From Oligoflexus sp. (lineage in GTDB: Bacteria > Bdellovibrionota_B > Oligoflexia > Oligoflexales > Oligoflexaceae), in contig JBGSTX010000014.1 of the NCBI GenBank assembly GCA_041736305.1, forward strand, positions 1 to 34,102: a stretch of 34,102 nucleotides of DNA, written 5' to 3'. Positions 26,651 through 34,102 of this stretch are shown here, in pieces. How positions within the stretch are numbered: position 1 is the stretch's first letter; every line of letters starts with the position of its first letter. Position numbers and translations under genes: made by a program. The notes beneath the pieces are model-generated. The model saw only the letters and a program-made list of their open reading frames with translations. It was not told the origin of the DNA and searched no databases.

Positions 26651-27919
26651 ATGATGGAAACGGTTGATGCCGCGCATATGCGAGCTACGAACAGCAGCAT
26701 CCTTTTAAAACTGATATGGAAGAACAGAGAGATATCGCGTGCCGATATTTCGCGCCTCACCGGTATGAGTCGTTCGACTGTTTCAGCTATCGTTGCGGAT
26801 CTGATGCGGCGAGGTCTGGTGAGCGAAAGTGGAATTGGGCATTCCAATGGCGGCCGTCGACCGGTGATCCTTTCGTTCAACGAGAAGGCCTACACCATTC
26901 TGGGAATAGAGCTGGGCGTGGCAGCGATCCATGCGGTAGCCCTCAATCTCAATGGGCATGTGCAAATCAAGTTTCGCAAAGACTGCGACGTGGTCCACGA
27001 TCCCGAGTCGGCCTTGCGTCTCATAGAAGAAATTATCAAAGAAGTTCAATCCCACTGTGAGAAAGCGGCTCAGCCTCTGATCGGAATCGGTATCGGGGTT
27101 CCGGCTCCGCTGCTTGCGACCGATGCCGGCCCTTTCTTATGGTCGATCTTTCCCGCTTGGCAGGGCTATTCCGTCGCCGAATATCTCGAGACTCGCGTGT
27201 CGGTGCCTGTCAAGTTTCAGAACGATGCAAATCTTGGTGCTCTGGCCGAGCATTGGTGGGGCGTCGGCAACTCCTCGGAGAATCTGATCTGTATTAAAGT
27301 CGGCCACAGTATTGGTGCGGGTCTCATTATCAACGGCAAGATACACCAAGGGGCGCGGGGACTGGCTGGTGAGCTGGGAAGTATGAATATCTCGTCCTTG
27401 CCCGATGAAAAAAGACTGACCGTCAATGCCCTGATAGGTGGCAAAGGGGTTCTTGAGCGGCTGACTCAAGCTCTCCAAGAGGAGGAGCATTCTAGCTCGC
27501 TGCCTCTCGATGATAGTTTGAATCTCACAGCTATACTTGAGGCTGCTGAGCTAGGTGACGAGCTGGCTCTCAAAGTCCTCGATCATGCGGCTGCTACTCT
27601 GGGGGTGGTTGTCAGCAATGTGCTGGCCGTGTTGGACGCGGAAAAAGTGGTCATCAGTGGGGCTTGTAAGGCTAGTTTGCGGGAGCGTCTCATTGGAATC
27701 GTTCGTCGAACGGTTCAGGAGCAGGAGACCTTTTCCAATGTCGAGAAAGTAGCGATTGTTGAAAGCGCTCTCGGCGATATGCAGGTCGCCATTGGGGCTG
27801 GAACTCTGATCCTCGACTGTGCCCTTAATGATTTGCGACTTTTTCAGCCTCTGCATCGCCAGGCTTTGCCAGAGCATCAGTGGACCGAGGAGTCCGCTTT
27901 TGAGGGGAGTCCAAATTGA
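26651..27919 (+). CDS. ROK family transcriptional repressor (XylR/NagC-like)
   Basis: N-terminal HTH ISRADISRLTGMSRSTVS, GGRRP, GIGIGVP, NDANLGALAE, IGAGLIING; GAGG RBS before ATG 26651. Confidence 0.92.
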   Translation: MMETVDAAHMRATNSSILLKLIWKNREISRADISRLTGMSRSTVSAIVADLMRRGLVSESGIGHSNGGRRPVILSFNEKAYTILGIELGVAAIHAVALNLNGHVQIKFRKDCDVVHDPESALRLIEEIIKEVQSHCEKAAQPLIGIGIGVPAPLLATDAGPFLWSIFPAWQGYSVAEYLETRVSVPVKFQNDANLGALAEHWWGVGNSSENLICIKVGHSIGAGLIINGKIHQGARGLAGELGSMNISSLPDEKRLTVNALIGGKGVLERLTQALQEEEHSSSLPLDDSLNLTAILEAAELGDELALKVLDHAAATLGVVVSNVLAVLDAEKVVISGACKASLRERLIGIVRRTVQEQETFSNVEKVAIVESALGDMQVAIGAGTLILDCALNDLRLFQPLHRQALPEHQWTEESAFEGSPN

Positions 27920-28148
27920 GCGTGAGCCAAAGTACCTGAAATAACGAATAAATATGCGGACCGTGGAAGTTCGCGAAGTCTCTGAAGTGCCAGAGTGGCC
28001 TAAAAAACCCAGCAAAGGTGCGGCCTTGAACGGGAAAAAAAGTCTGGAGCCTGGGCTCTATATGCGCAAGACAGCTTGAAAAGCCCGTAATATTAGTGTA
28101 GTTAAGGCATCCGTTGACGAAGAACCGTATTAAGGCCAAGAGGTTAGA

Positions 28149-28760
28149 ATGGCTCGTTACAAAGGTCCCCGATTAAAAATCATGCGCGCGCTCGGTGTAC
28201 AGCTTCCAGGTCTCTCTCGTAAGAAGTGGGATGAGCGTAAAGCTTATCCGCCCGGGATGCACCAAGGTCGTCACCGTAAGAAGTCGAGCGTATACGGGAC
28301 TCAGCTGCGTGAGAAGCAAAAGCTTCGTTACAACTACGGTCTCGGCGAAAGACAATTGCGCCGCTTCGTAGATATGAGCTTCCAGAAGAAGGGCAATCCC
28401 GGTGAGAACCTGGTGCAATTCCTCGAGCGTCGCCTAGACAATGCGATCTTCCGTGCCGGCTACGCGCCGACTATCATGGCAGCTCGTCAGTTGATCGTTC
28501 ACGGCCACATTCAGGTCGATGGTCATCGTGTGAACAAGCCTTCTTTCCTAGTGAAGAAAGGCCACAAGCTTAACCTCTCTGATAAAGCGACCAAGTTCAC
28601 TCACGTGCAAGGCAGCCTCGAGCAGCCTGCTATCGTGCGTCCTGAGTGGATCGGCTTCGATGATAGCAACAAGTCAGCTTCCATTGTGAGCTTGCCTACT
28701 CGTGATTCGCTGCCGTTCCCGATTGAAATCGGTCACATCATCGAATTTTACTCTAAGTAA
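28149..28760 (+). CDS. rpsD: 30S ribosomal protein S4 (stand-alone, Cys-free type)
   Basis: [52 protein letters not shown]. Confidence 0.97.
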   Translation: MARYKGPRLKIMRALGVQLPGLSRKKWDERKAYPPGMHQGRHRKKSSVYGTQLREKQKLRYNYGLGERQLRRFVDMSFQKKGNPGENLVQFLERRLDNAIFRAGYAPTIMAARQLIVHGHIQVDGHRVNKPSFLVKKGHKLNLSDKATKFTHVQGSLEQPAIVRPEWIGFDDSNKSASIVSLPTRDSLPFPIEIGHIIEFYSK

Positions 28761-28847
28761 GCTTGATGGAAGTTCCGGGATTGACTGCTTAAATAGAGAA
28801 ATCTGTCAAATTCGTGCCAGTCCTAGGAATGTTAGCTACTTTAGATC

Positions 28848-28885
28848 AAAAAGAGAGTCCGGTGGAATACGCCGGGCTTTTTTTT
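28848..28885 (+). terminator. Rho-independent terminator after rpsD
   Basis: AGTCCGGTG-gaata-CGCCGGGCT followed by a long T run. Confidence 0.85.
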
Positions 28886-29038
28886 GTTTTCAATTTGGGT
28901 AAGGCCGAGGAGAGATTTTTATTTTGAAGCAGGTGAAACCGACAATGTGGAAACAGGACACAAAAGTGGGAATGTTATTGTAAGCATCTAGAACACAACT
29001 CACGTTTCCAACATGTGGCGCCTGCTACCTCTTATAAT

Positions 29039-29503
29039 TCATAACCGGCCATACTCGAGATAGATCAACCTGCTGACCAGGACAGTCTCAGCAGCTAGAA
29101 CCAGAAACCCAATTATATACAGACGACACAAATATCGGCTTCGGGACCCCTGCGGAAGTCCAGGAAAAAGAGTCAAACAAAGAATGAAAATTAAGGGCCA
29201 GTCGAATAAAATGCGGATGATGGCAGGTTTTTCGAAGTATGTTGCAAGAGAAACCATCTTCATCTTGTTCAACTGGACCCAATCAAACTCCTCTGCCTCG
29301 ATCCGGATGGCCCCCAGACAGAAGAGGGTGATAATGACAAAAAATATTGATGATCCGATGGCAGCAGCCAATCCTTGACTCCACGAGCGATTTACGTTGA
29401 TGTGCGCCCATACGTCGCTTGGATTAAGGAGACGATAAGTGAGTTTGAAAAGGGTAGCGGCAGTATCAGCACATCGGCTGAGCCCGTTGGTGGCGGTAGA
29501 CAA
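29039..29503 (-). CDS. Hypothetical membrane protein (about 3 TM), start uncertain, possibly a remnant
   Basis: Three hydrophobic segments; TTG start with no clear RBS; in-frame TGA just upstream at 29513-29515. Confidence 0.4.
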   Translation of the reverse strand: MSTATNGLSRCADTAATLFKLTYRLLNPSDVWAHINVNRSWSQGLAAAIGSSIFFVIITLFCLGAIRIEAEEFDWVQLNKMKMVSLATYFEKPAIIRILFDWPLIFILCLTLFPGLPQGSRSRYLCRLYIIGFLVLAAETVLVSRLIYLEYGRL

Positions 29504-29746
29504 GCCTGTACCTCAGGTGGCGGTCGCGGTTTCGGCACGATTTGGAGTTGTGATGGCGCCAATTGCGCCAAAGAGGATCGCGAACATACTATCGAATGCA
29601 TTATCGAAGATTGAAAAACAGCGCAGTGATGAGTGGCAGCTCTATTCCTGAGTGAAGTGCGTCGGCGGCAATTTTTGCCTTGCTCTTATAATTCCCCCAC
29701 AAAAGGATTAGTCTTAAGGTAATTAAAATCTAATGGAGATAGTTAA

Positions 29747-31369
29747 ATGCAAACGTCAGGAATATTCAAAATATTGCCAGCCCTTTTATTTATTGGGCCA
29801 TTGAGTTGTAGTAAAAAAGAGGATACCGACGCTAAAACAGTGGAAGTCAACGGAAGCCTCCAGTTATCAGTAAAAAGTGTGCAATCGAGCTCTGGCAGCG
29901 ATACAGCTCTTGCCCTGGCTGCGACAGCTCCCTTCAACAATTATAGCGTCGCATCGGGCAAACCAGATACCTTCAACCTTCAGATCGTGCGCATGGTCCT
30001 CACCCCTGCAGATGGCAGCGCAAATATTCAAAACAGACCGATTTTCGACGACATCGCTGGCAAGAAGCTCTCTATTAAGAAAAGTCGAATAGACCTTTCG
30101 GATATGTTCACGAATTTCGCCTGCATCGATAACGACGGTGTTCCATTCGATCTCGACAGTTGGTATACCAATACCTTTCCTACGATTGACAATAAAAACG
30201 AGAGCGGCGAAGTCAACGAATACAGAAACTGGAGTTCTGCCGCAAACGCAAGTTGCGAGTGCGGGTTCGACGCTAAAAATTATCCGCTAGGACCTAACGC
30301 CAAAGGCGAATGCCCTCCCCTTAGCAGTAGCGACGCTAAAAGCGGCAGAGTTGCCGAATTGGAAGTCCCAGCTAATACCTACAAGTCAGTTACCATCTAC
30401 TATAAGCGAAAAGCCGAAGTACAAGGTTGTGTGTCGGGTTACTTCCATGAAACATGGGGCGGCACTGGCAGCGTCGTTGAAAAATCGACCTTCTGCACGC
30501 AAGCTAACCTTGCCATGTATGATAAGAGCGGCGGTGGCGCTTACACTGACTTCGAGGATAAGACAGCAGAGCTAACTAGCATCGATCTTCTGGGAGCAAA
30601 TCCAAAAACCGAAGGCTCCTTCCCTAACAGTGGCACGGATCTGAATCCAAGCGAAATCATGCGTATCGAGTTCCCGATTCCAGGCAATATCGAAATTAGC
30701 CCAGATAAAGTCGCTCAACTGACTCTTGCGATCGATACTAACCGCATTCTCCGTTTTTTCTCAGACCACCACTCGGCGATTGTCGGCAACAAAGGTCCAG
30801 GTCCTGACGCGATCTCTGACAAATCTTACTTTTTCACATCTAACTTCAAAGAGTCGCAGTTTATGTTCGTGGGTCAACCCGGAAACATTTACGGCTATGA
30901 GCTCCTCACTTTGCCCTGCTCGAAGAAAGCTAAAGCTGATATTGCCGGCTTCACCACTGCGGACGACTACAACTGTACCAACTCGGACGAGCAGGCGCTC
31001 TCAGCCTGGTTAACCATTATAGAGGACTCAAAAGGAAGCTTACTCTCAGCTAATATCTTTCCTGACGACGATCTATCTTATGTAGCTCTGAAGGGCAGCA
31101 ATTTGGATCTGACCTATGACAGCGCAAAAAGATCCTTTGATTATGCCTGGGGCAAAAACTGGACAACGAATTCCGACGGAACGCTCAACATCACCTATGG
31201 CCTCTCGTCGTCCACCGATAATGGCGATATTTCCTATAGTCTAAGGGGTACACTCCACAACATCAGCAAAACATCGGTCATTGGCGCTGAAGTGCCAAAC
31301 GTCTATTTTTCCGGCGAAAATAACGATGGTGTCGTTTACGGCAAGGTAGCGACTAAACGCCAGCTGTAA
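29747..31369 (+). CDS. Hypothetical Cys-rich extracellular lipoprotein
   Basis: GGAG RBS; signal ending PLS-C; 540-aa S/T/N/D-rich beta-type sequence with multiple Cys. Confidence 0.8.
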   Translation: MQTSGIFKILPALLFIGPLSCSKKEDTDAKTVEVNGSLQLSVKSVQSSSGSDTALALAATAPFNNYSVASGKPDTFNLQIVRMVLTPADGSANIQNRPIFDDIAGKKLSIKKSRIDLSDMFTNFACIDNDGVPFDLDSWYTNTFPTIDNKNESGEVNEYRNWSSAANASCECGFDAKNYPLGPNAKGECPPLSSSDAKSGRVAELEVPANTYKSVTIYYKRKAEVQGCVSGYFHETWGGTGSVVEKSTFCTQANLAMYDKSGGGAYTDFEDKTAELTSIDLLGANPKTEGSFPNSGTDLNPSEIMRIEFPIPGNIEISPDKVAQLTLAIDTNRILRFFSDHHSAIVGNKGPGPDAISDKSYFFTSNFKESQFMFVGQPGNIYGYELLTLPCSKKAKADIAGFTTADDYNCTNSDEQALSAWLTIIEDSKGSLLSANIFPDDDLSYVALKGSNLDLTYDSAKRSFDYAWGKNWTTNSDGTLNITYGLSSSTDNGDISYSLRGTLHNISKTSVIGAEVPNVYFSGENNDGVVYGKVATKRQL

Positions 31370-31613
31370 TCGAATGAAGCTTAGCGCATACGGAAATATC
31401 TGAGTGTAGTCGGGTGATGGCTCCGAGACCGAAGCCTTTCACCTGGAACTTCCGCTTCCCAAGTAAGCTTCTCTTTTTATCGAATCGAAATGAAAGCAGT
31501 TGAAATTATTGTTTTTTACGCCGTTTCTGCTTATTTTCTGCTGTGCTTATGCTTTTATCTACTTACAATAACGAGCCGCTGCTTGTGCGGGAAGAACTCA
31601 CAGATTGATCCTG

Positions 31614-31643
31614 AAGCCCTGAAACTCTTTCAGGGCTTTTTTT
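31614..31643 (+). terminator. Rho-independent terminator
   Basis: AAGCCCTGAAA-ctc-TTTCAGGGCTT with T7 tail. Confidence 0.8.
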
Positions 31644-31770
31644 GCTTTTAAATAAATTTTCTATTGCCAAATGCGTCACCACACGAGGCGTTTTCTGCTG
31701 TCTCTCTTTAAGACACGAGGGATATTTTCGGTTCTTCGCTCTCCGGGCTGTTCTTCGAGTTTTTAGGTGC

Positions 31771-32006
31771 TTGATTGATATTGTTGTTGGTATGGGCGGA
31801 CGCTTTACGGTGTCCTACGTTGCGATTGATCCGATCGACTTTAGAGCAGGGATAAATTGTCACGCGGCGATTGCCTCAGAGCTTTTTAAAGAAGATCCTA
31901 CGTCAGGGGGTCTATTCGTCTTTCGTAGTTGGCGGCAGTCTGACGCCAAGCTGCTAGTCTATGACGGCGACGGCTTCTATCTCGTCCATCGACGTTTGTT
32001 GCTTAC
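31771..32006 (+). mobile_element. tnpB: IS66-family tnpB (Orf2) remnant, truncated, no tnpC
   Basis: DPIDFRAGIN, DPTSGGLFVFRS, KLLVYDGDGFYLVHRRL match the IS66 TnpB pattern; similarity ends at GCTTAC (32001-32006). Confidence 0.8.
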
Positions 32007-32369
32007 CCGCCTGCCATCGTCTATCTTACTGGCTCTTAAAAGTCCGCTCCCCGAGACTTTTTCCCCGCTCAGGCTGCAATAAGATGAAGCCTCACGCTAT
32101 GAAGGAGTGAGAGACGGGAGCGTGTGGGACGCTTTTGATTTCTTCTATTCCCAACACAGTTGACGTGGAACACGCGATAACAGCGTCCGTGATGGGGATC
32201 GCCGATGGCGCCGGGCTCGTAATAGGGGGGCACCTTCCCCTCCGCTAGGGTTTGTAGGCACGAAGCGCGCTCGCCTGCGGAGAGGATTTGAACAGATAAT
32301 TTTTTGGTATCAAGTCTATTACGACAAAAGATTCATTGTCACTGAATTTCATTAAAGATGGGTTCAAAA

Positions 32370-32646
32370 TCATAGCCCGAGTGACTTTAAAATCGAAATC
32401 GAATTTGAGAAAGCTACCTCAAATTCTACCTTACTTTTTATAGACGCGATGATAGACGCGTAGAGCCACGTATCCTCCCTTGAAGATCAAGTGCTCCCCA
32501 AGTTTAGTGTCGAGCACGAGTCTCGCTGTTGCTCTTTCCAAAAGAAATAAGGTGCGCATTTCCATGGCACCGCGCCCTTGCTCAAGAGCAATCTTTTTGA
32601 TTTTTGAGTCAATTGCACGGATTTGTGCTTCGCTTAGATTTGTCAT
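32370..32646 (-). pseudogene. abiEii: AbiEii-family nucleotidyltransferase toxin, truncated or internally deleted
   Basis: ATGA overlap with antitoxin; FLLERATARL and LIFKGG, then stop at 32431 after 71 aa; out-of-frame tail IASIKSKVEFEVAFSNSISILKSLGL ends at 32370. Confidence 0.75.
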
Positions 32647-33248
32647 TTCGTTGTAATAGCCTCCCAGTTCTTTGCCATGAGGGGCCAAGCCCCGAGTCTT
32701 TCAGAGGCCTTGTATAAGCTTTCCTCGGTAACTTTTTCTTCTGCAAGAGCCATCCGTGCTGCTTTCAGGGCAGTCTGGTAGCCTATTTTGGTCGCATAGA
32801 CGAACGCCTCAACGAGTGTGCGTTCGATCGTTGCAATTCGCCAATTTCCGTGTTCATCACATTCGATTGTCGGATCGTGCTTTGTTCTTAGCACACGGTA
32901 CTTATCAGAATAAATCCCGCGTTTACTATGAGGGACCATGATCCACGTTTGACTTGGAACGTATTCGGTTAGGGAGTAGTAGGCCAGCGCACTAAGGCCA
33001 CCAATGAGAGCTTCAGGTCCGAATTTGAAGCAAGCGCTGATAAATTCGAGGTCATCAGGCAAGTCAGCAGAGAGGGAAAGATAAAGACCGTGTTCAAGTC
33101 TGATGATAACCTTCGCTTTAATGAGGCGAGCGATTGTCGGCTTGGATACTCCAGCGTCGAGTGCCTGCTCAGTAGTAAAGACGCCAAGTTTTGTAAGTAG
33201 GACGGCGGCGGTTTCTTTTTTATGAGCCCTGGCGCTGTTCGCTTTCAT
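32643..33248 (-). CDS. abiEi: Type IV TA antitoxin, AbiEi family
   Basis: wHTH (FTTEQALDAGVSKPTIARL, RLEHGLY), GLSALAYYSLT, IERTLVEAF. Confidence 0.85.
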   Translation of the reverse strand: MKANSARAHKKETAAVLLTKLGVFTTEQALDAGVSKPTIARLIKAKVIIRLEHGLYLSLSADLPDDLEFISACFKFGPEALIGGLSALAYYSLTEYVPSQTWIMVPHSKRGIYSDKYRVLRTKHDPTIECDEHGNWRIATIERTLVEAFVYATKIGYQTALKAARMALAEEKVTEESLYKASERLGAWPLMAKNWEAITTK

Positions 33249-33258
33249 CGGTCAAATT

Positions 33259-33335
33259 TACTTTCTGCGCTAATGGAACTTTCATAGATAAATTTTATCA
33301 TTTCTCTTTAAAAGTTCAACTATGAACAGAAAGTA
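33259..33335 (-). promoter_or_regulatory. abiE promoter within a long imperfect inverted repeat (autoregulatory operator)
   Basis: Arms 33259-33292 and 33301-33335 share TACTTTCTG and GAACTTT; minus strand TTGAAC-N16-TAAAAT with extended TG at 33319-33292. Confidence 0.7.
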
Positions 33336-33372
33336 TATCAAGCAAAGCTATCAAACTTCAAAGCTAACTTCA

Positions 33373-34070
33373 TTACCTTGCCTTTAATTTTAGATAGTTA
33401 CATAAATATTGCTTTTCAAATCCGCCTCCAGTGACCGGCATTTTTTCAAAGTCGAGTTCATCGGGGATTGTTGAGCGCACACGCGTTGCTTGCAGCAACG
33501 ACCCACAAGCAACCAATAAGGCCAATATGACTTACTTGTGGTTGCCTGGGTGTTCGTTGAGAGAATGGGTGAATTGATCTTCCCTGCAGGAATTGAGAGG
33601 AGTGACTCCAAGACCGAAAAGTTTACCAGCTTTCGACTTTCATCTCAGCCAAATATTCAGAATACACTTGCTATACTTGTCGGCTCCTCGGGCCATGACT
33701 GCTGCCGACGTAAACCTTCGAAGCGGGCTGAAAAAAGGCTGCTGCCGAGTGCGCCGGGATAAGTTTTACCCAGGATTGAAATTCCGGGCCAAGGTCCGGG
33801 AACGGCATCGAGGATTCAGGGTCATATTTCAGCGCTGCGGCCTTGAATTTTTGGAGCGTCTTGTCCGCGTCCAAGATCCTCAAGTTATTTTTACTCGCTG
33901 GAATACGTAAGAAGAGCCATATATCATATTGGCTATGAACTTTCCTGAATAATCGGATACGACCGGAAAATTTCAGGATAGCTGTCGCATAGGTGTTAGC
34001 TGACTATTCGGTAGTTGTCCTCTCTAGCGGATCGTTCTTCATCTTTCAACCAATTTAATTTGACCACCAT
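33373..34070 (-). pseudogene. Degraded ORF of unknown family
   Basis: GGAG-N6-ATG at 34070; consecutive open stretches broken by frameshifts or stops (34004, 33671). Confidence 0.3.
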
Positions 34071-34102
34071 TATTTTCTCCCAATTCCTCGTCTTCTTCGA
34101 CC

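Noticed and set aside
27954..28079. 41-codon ORF with GAAGT at 9-nt periodicity (EV-x repeats)
   Set aside because: No RBS, only three short repeats, runs into the likely rpsD promoter region
28980..32006. Composite IS66 element bounded by GTAAGCATC and GTTGCTTAC carrying the lipoprotein
   Set aside because: End match is short and the flanks (ATGTTATT versus CCGCCTGC) show no 8-bp target duplication
31642..32082. 146-aa ORF as an intact gene
   Set aside because: Starts inside a terminator; only the middle resembles IS66 TnpB, so it is treated as a remnant
1..34102. CRISPR array, tRNA, rRNA, integrase, reverse transcriptase
   Set aside because: No regularly spaced repeats, tRNA arm motifs or matching protein motifs found by eye

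Overview
Bacterial chromosomal segment. The gene style (many lipoproteins, a 7TM-DISM/PP2C sensor, the chemotaxis cluster) suggests Oligoflexia/Bdellovibrionota; this taxonomy is inference only. Left arm (1-12.5 kb): surface lipoprotein enzymes (monoheme cytochrome c lipoprotein, GH6 endoglucanase, PvdP-like type-3 copper tyrosinase, beta-rich lipoprotein, Tat-exported PhoD), a polar amino-acid ABC transporter and a 7TM-DISM-HisKA-HATPase-REC-PP2C sensor. Centre: a cheA-cheW-mcp operon with a sigma28-type promoter, ending in a CheR-REC-CheB fusion, convergent on a yerC(HisR)-hisG-D-B-H-A-F-IE operon that lacks hisC and has a clear palindromic operator. Right arm: two small ORFs, a ROK repressor lacking its Zn motif, a stand-alone Cys-free rpsD, then an accessory region (about 28.9 kb to end) with a Cys-rich lipoprotein, an IS66 tnpB remnant, an AbiE type IV TA locus (antitoxin and operator intact, toxin apparently internally deleted) and degraded ORFs. 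No rRNA, tRNA or CRISPR array seen. I cannot demonstrate a complete new system. The best leads are the lipoprotein tyrosinase with its surface-enzyme neighbourhood, the CheR-REC-CheB fusion, and several candidate structured RNAs.
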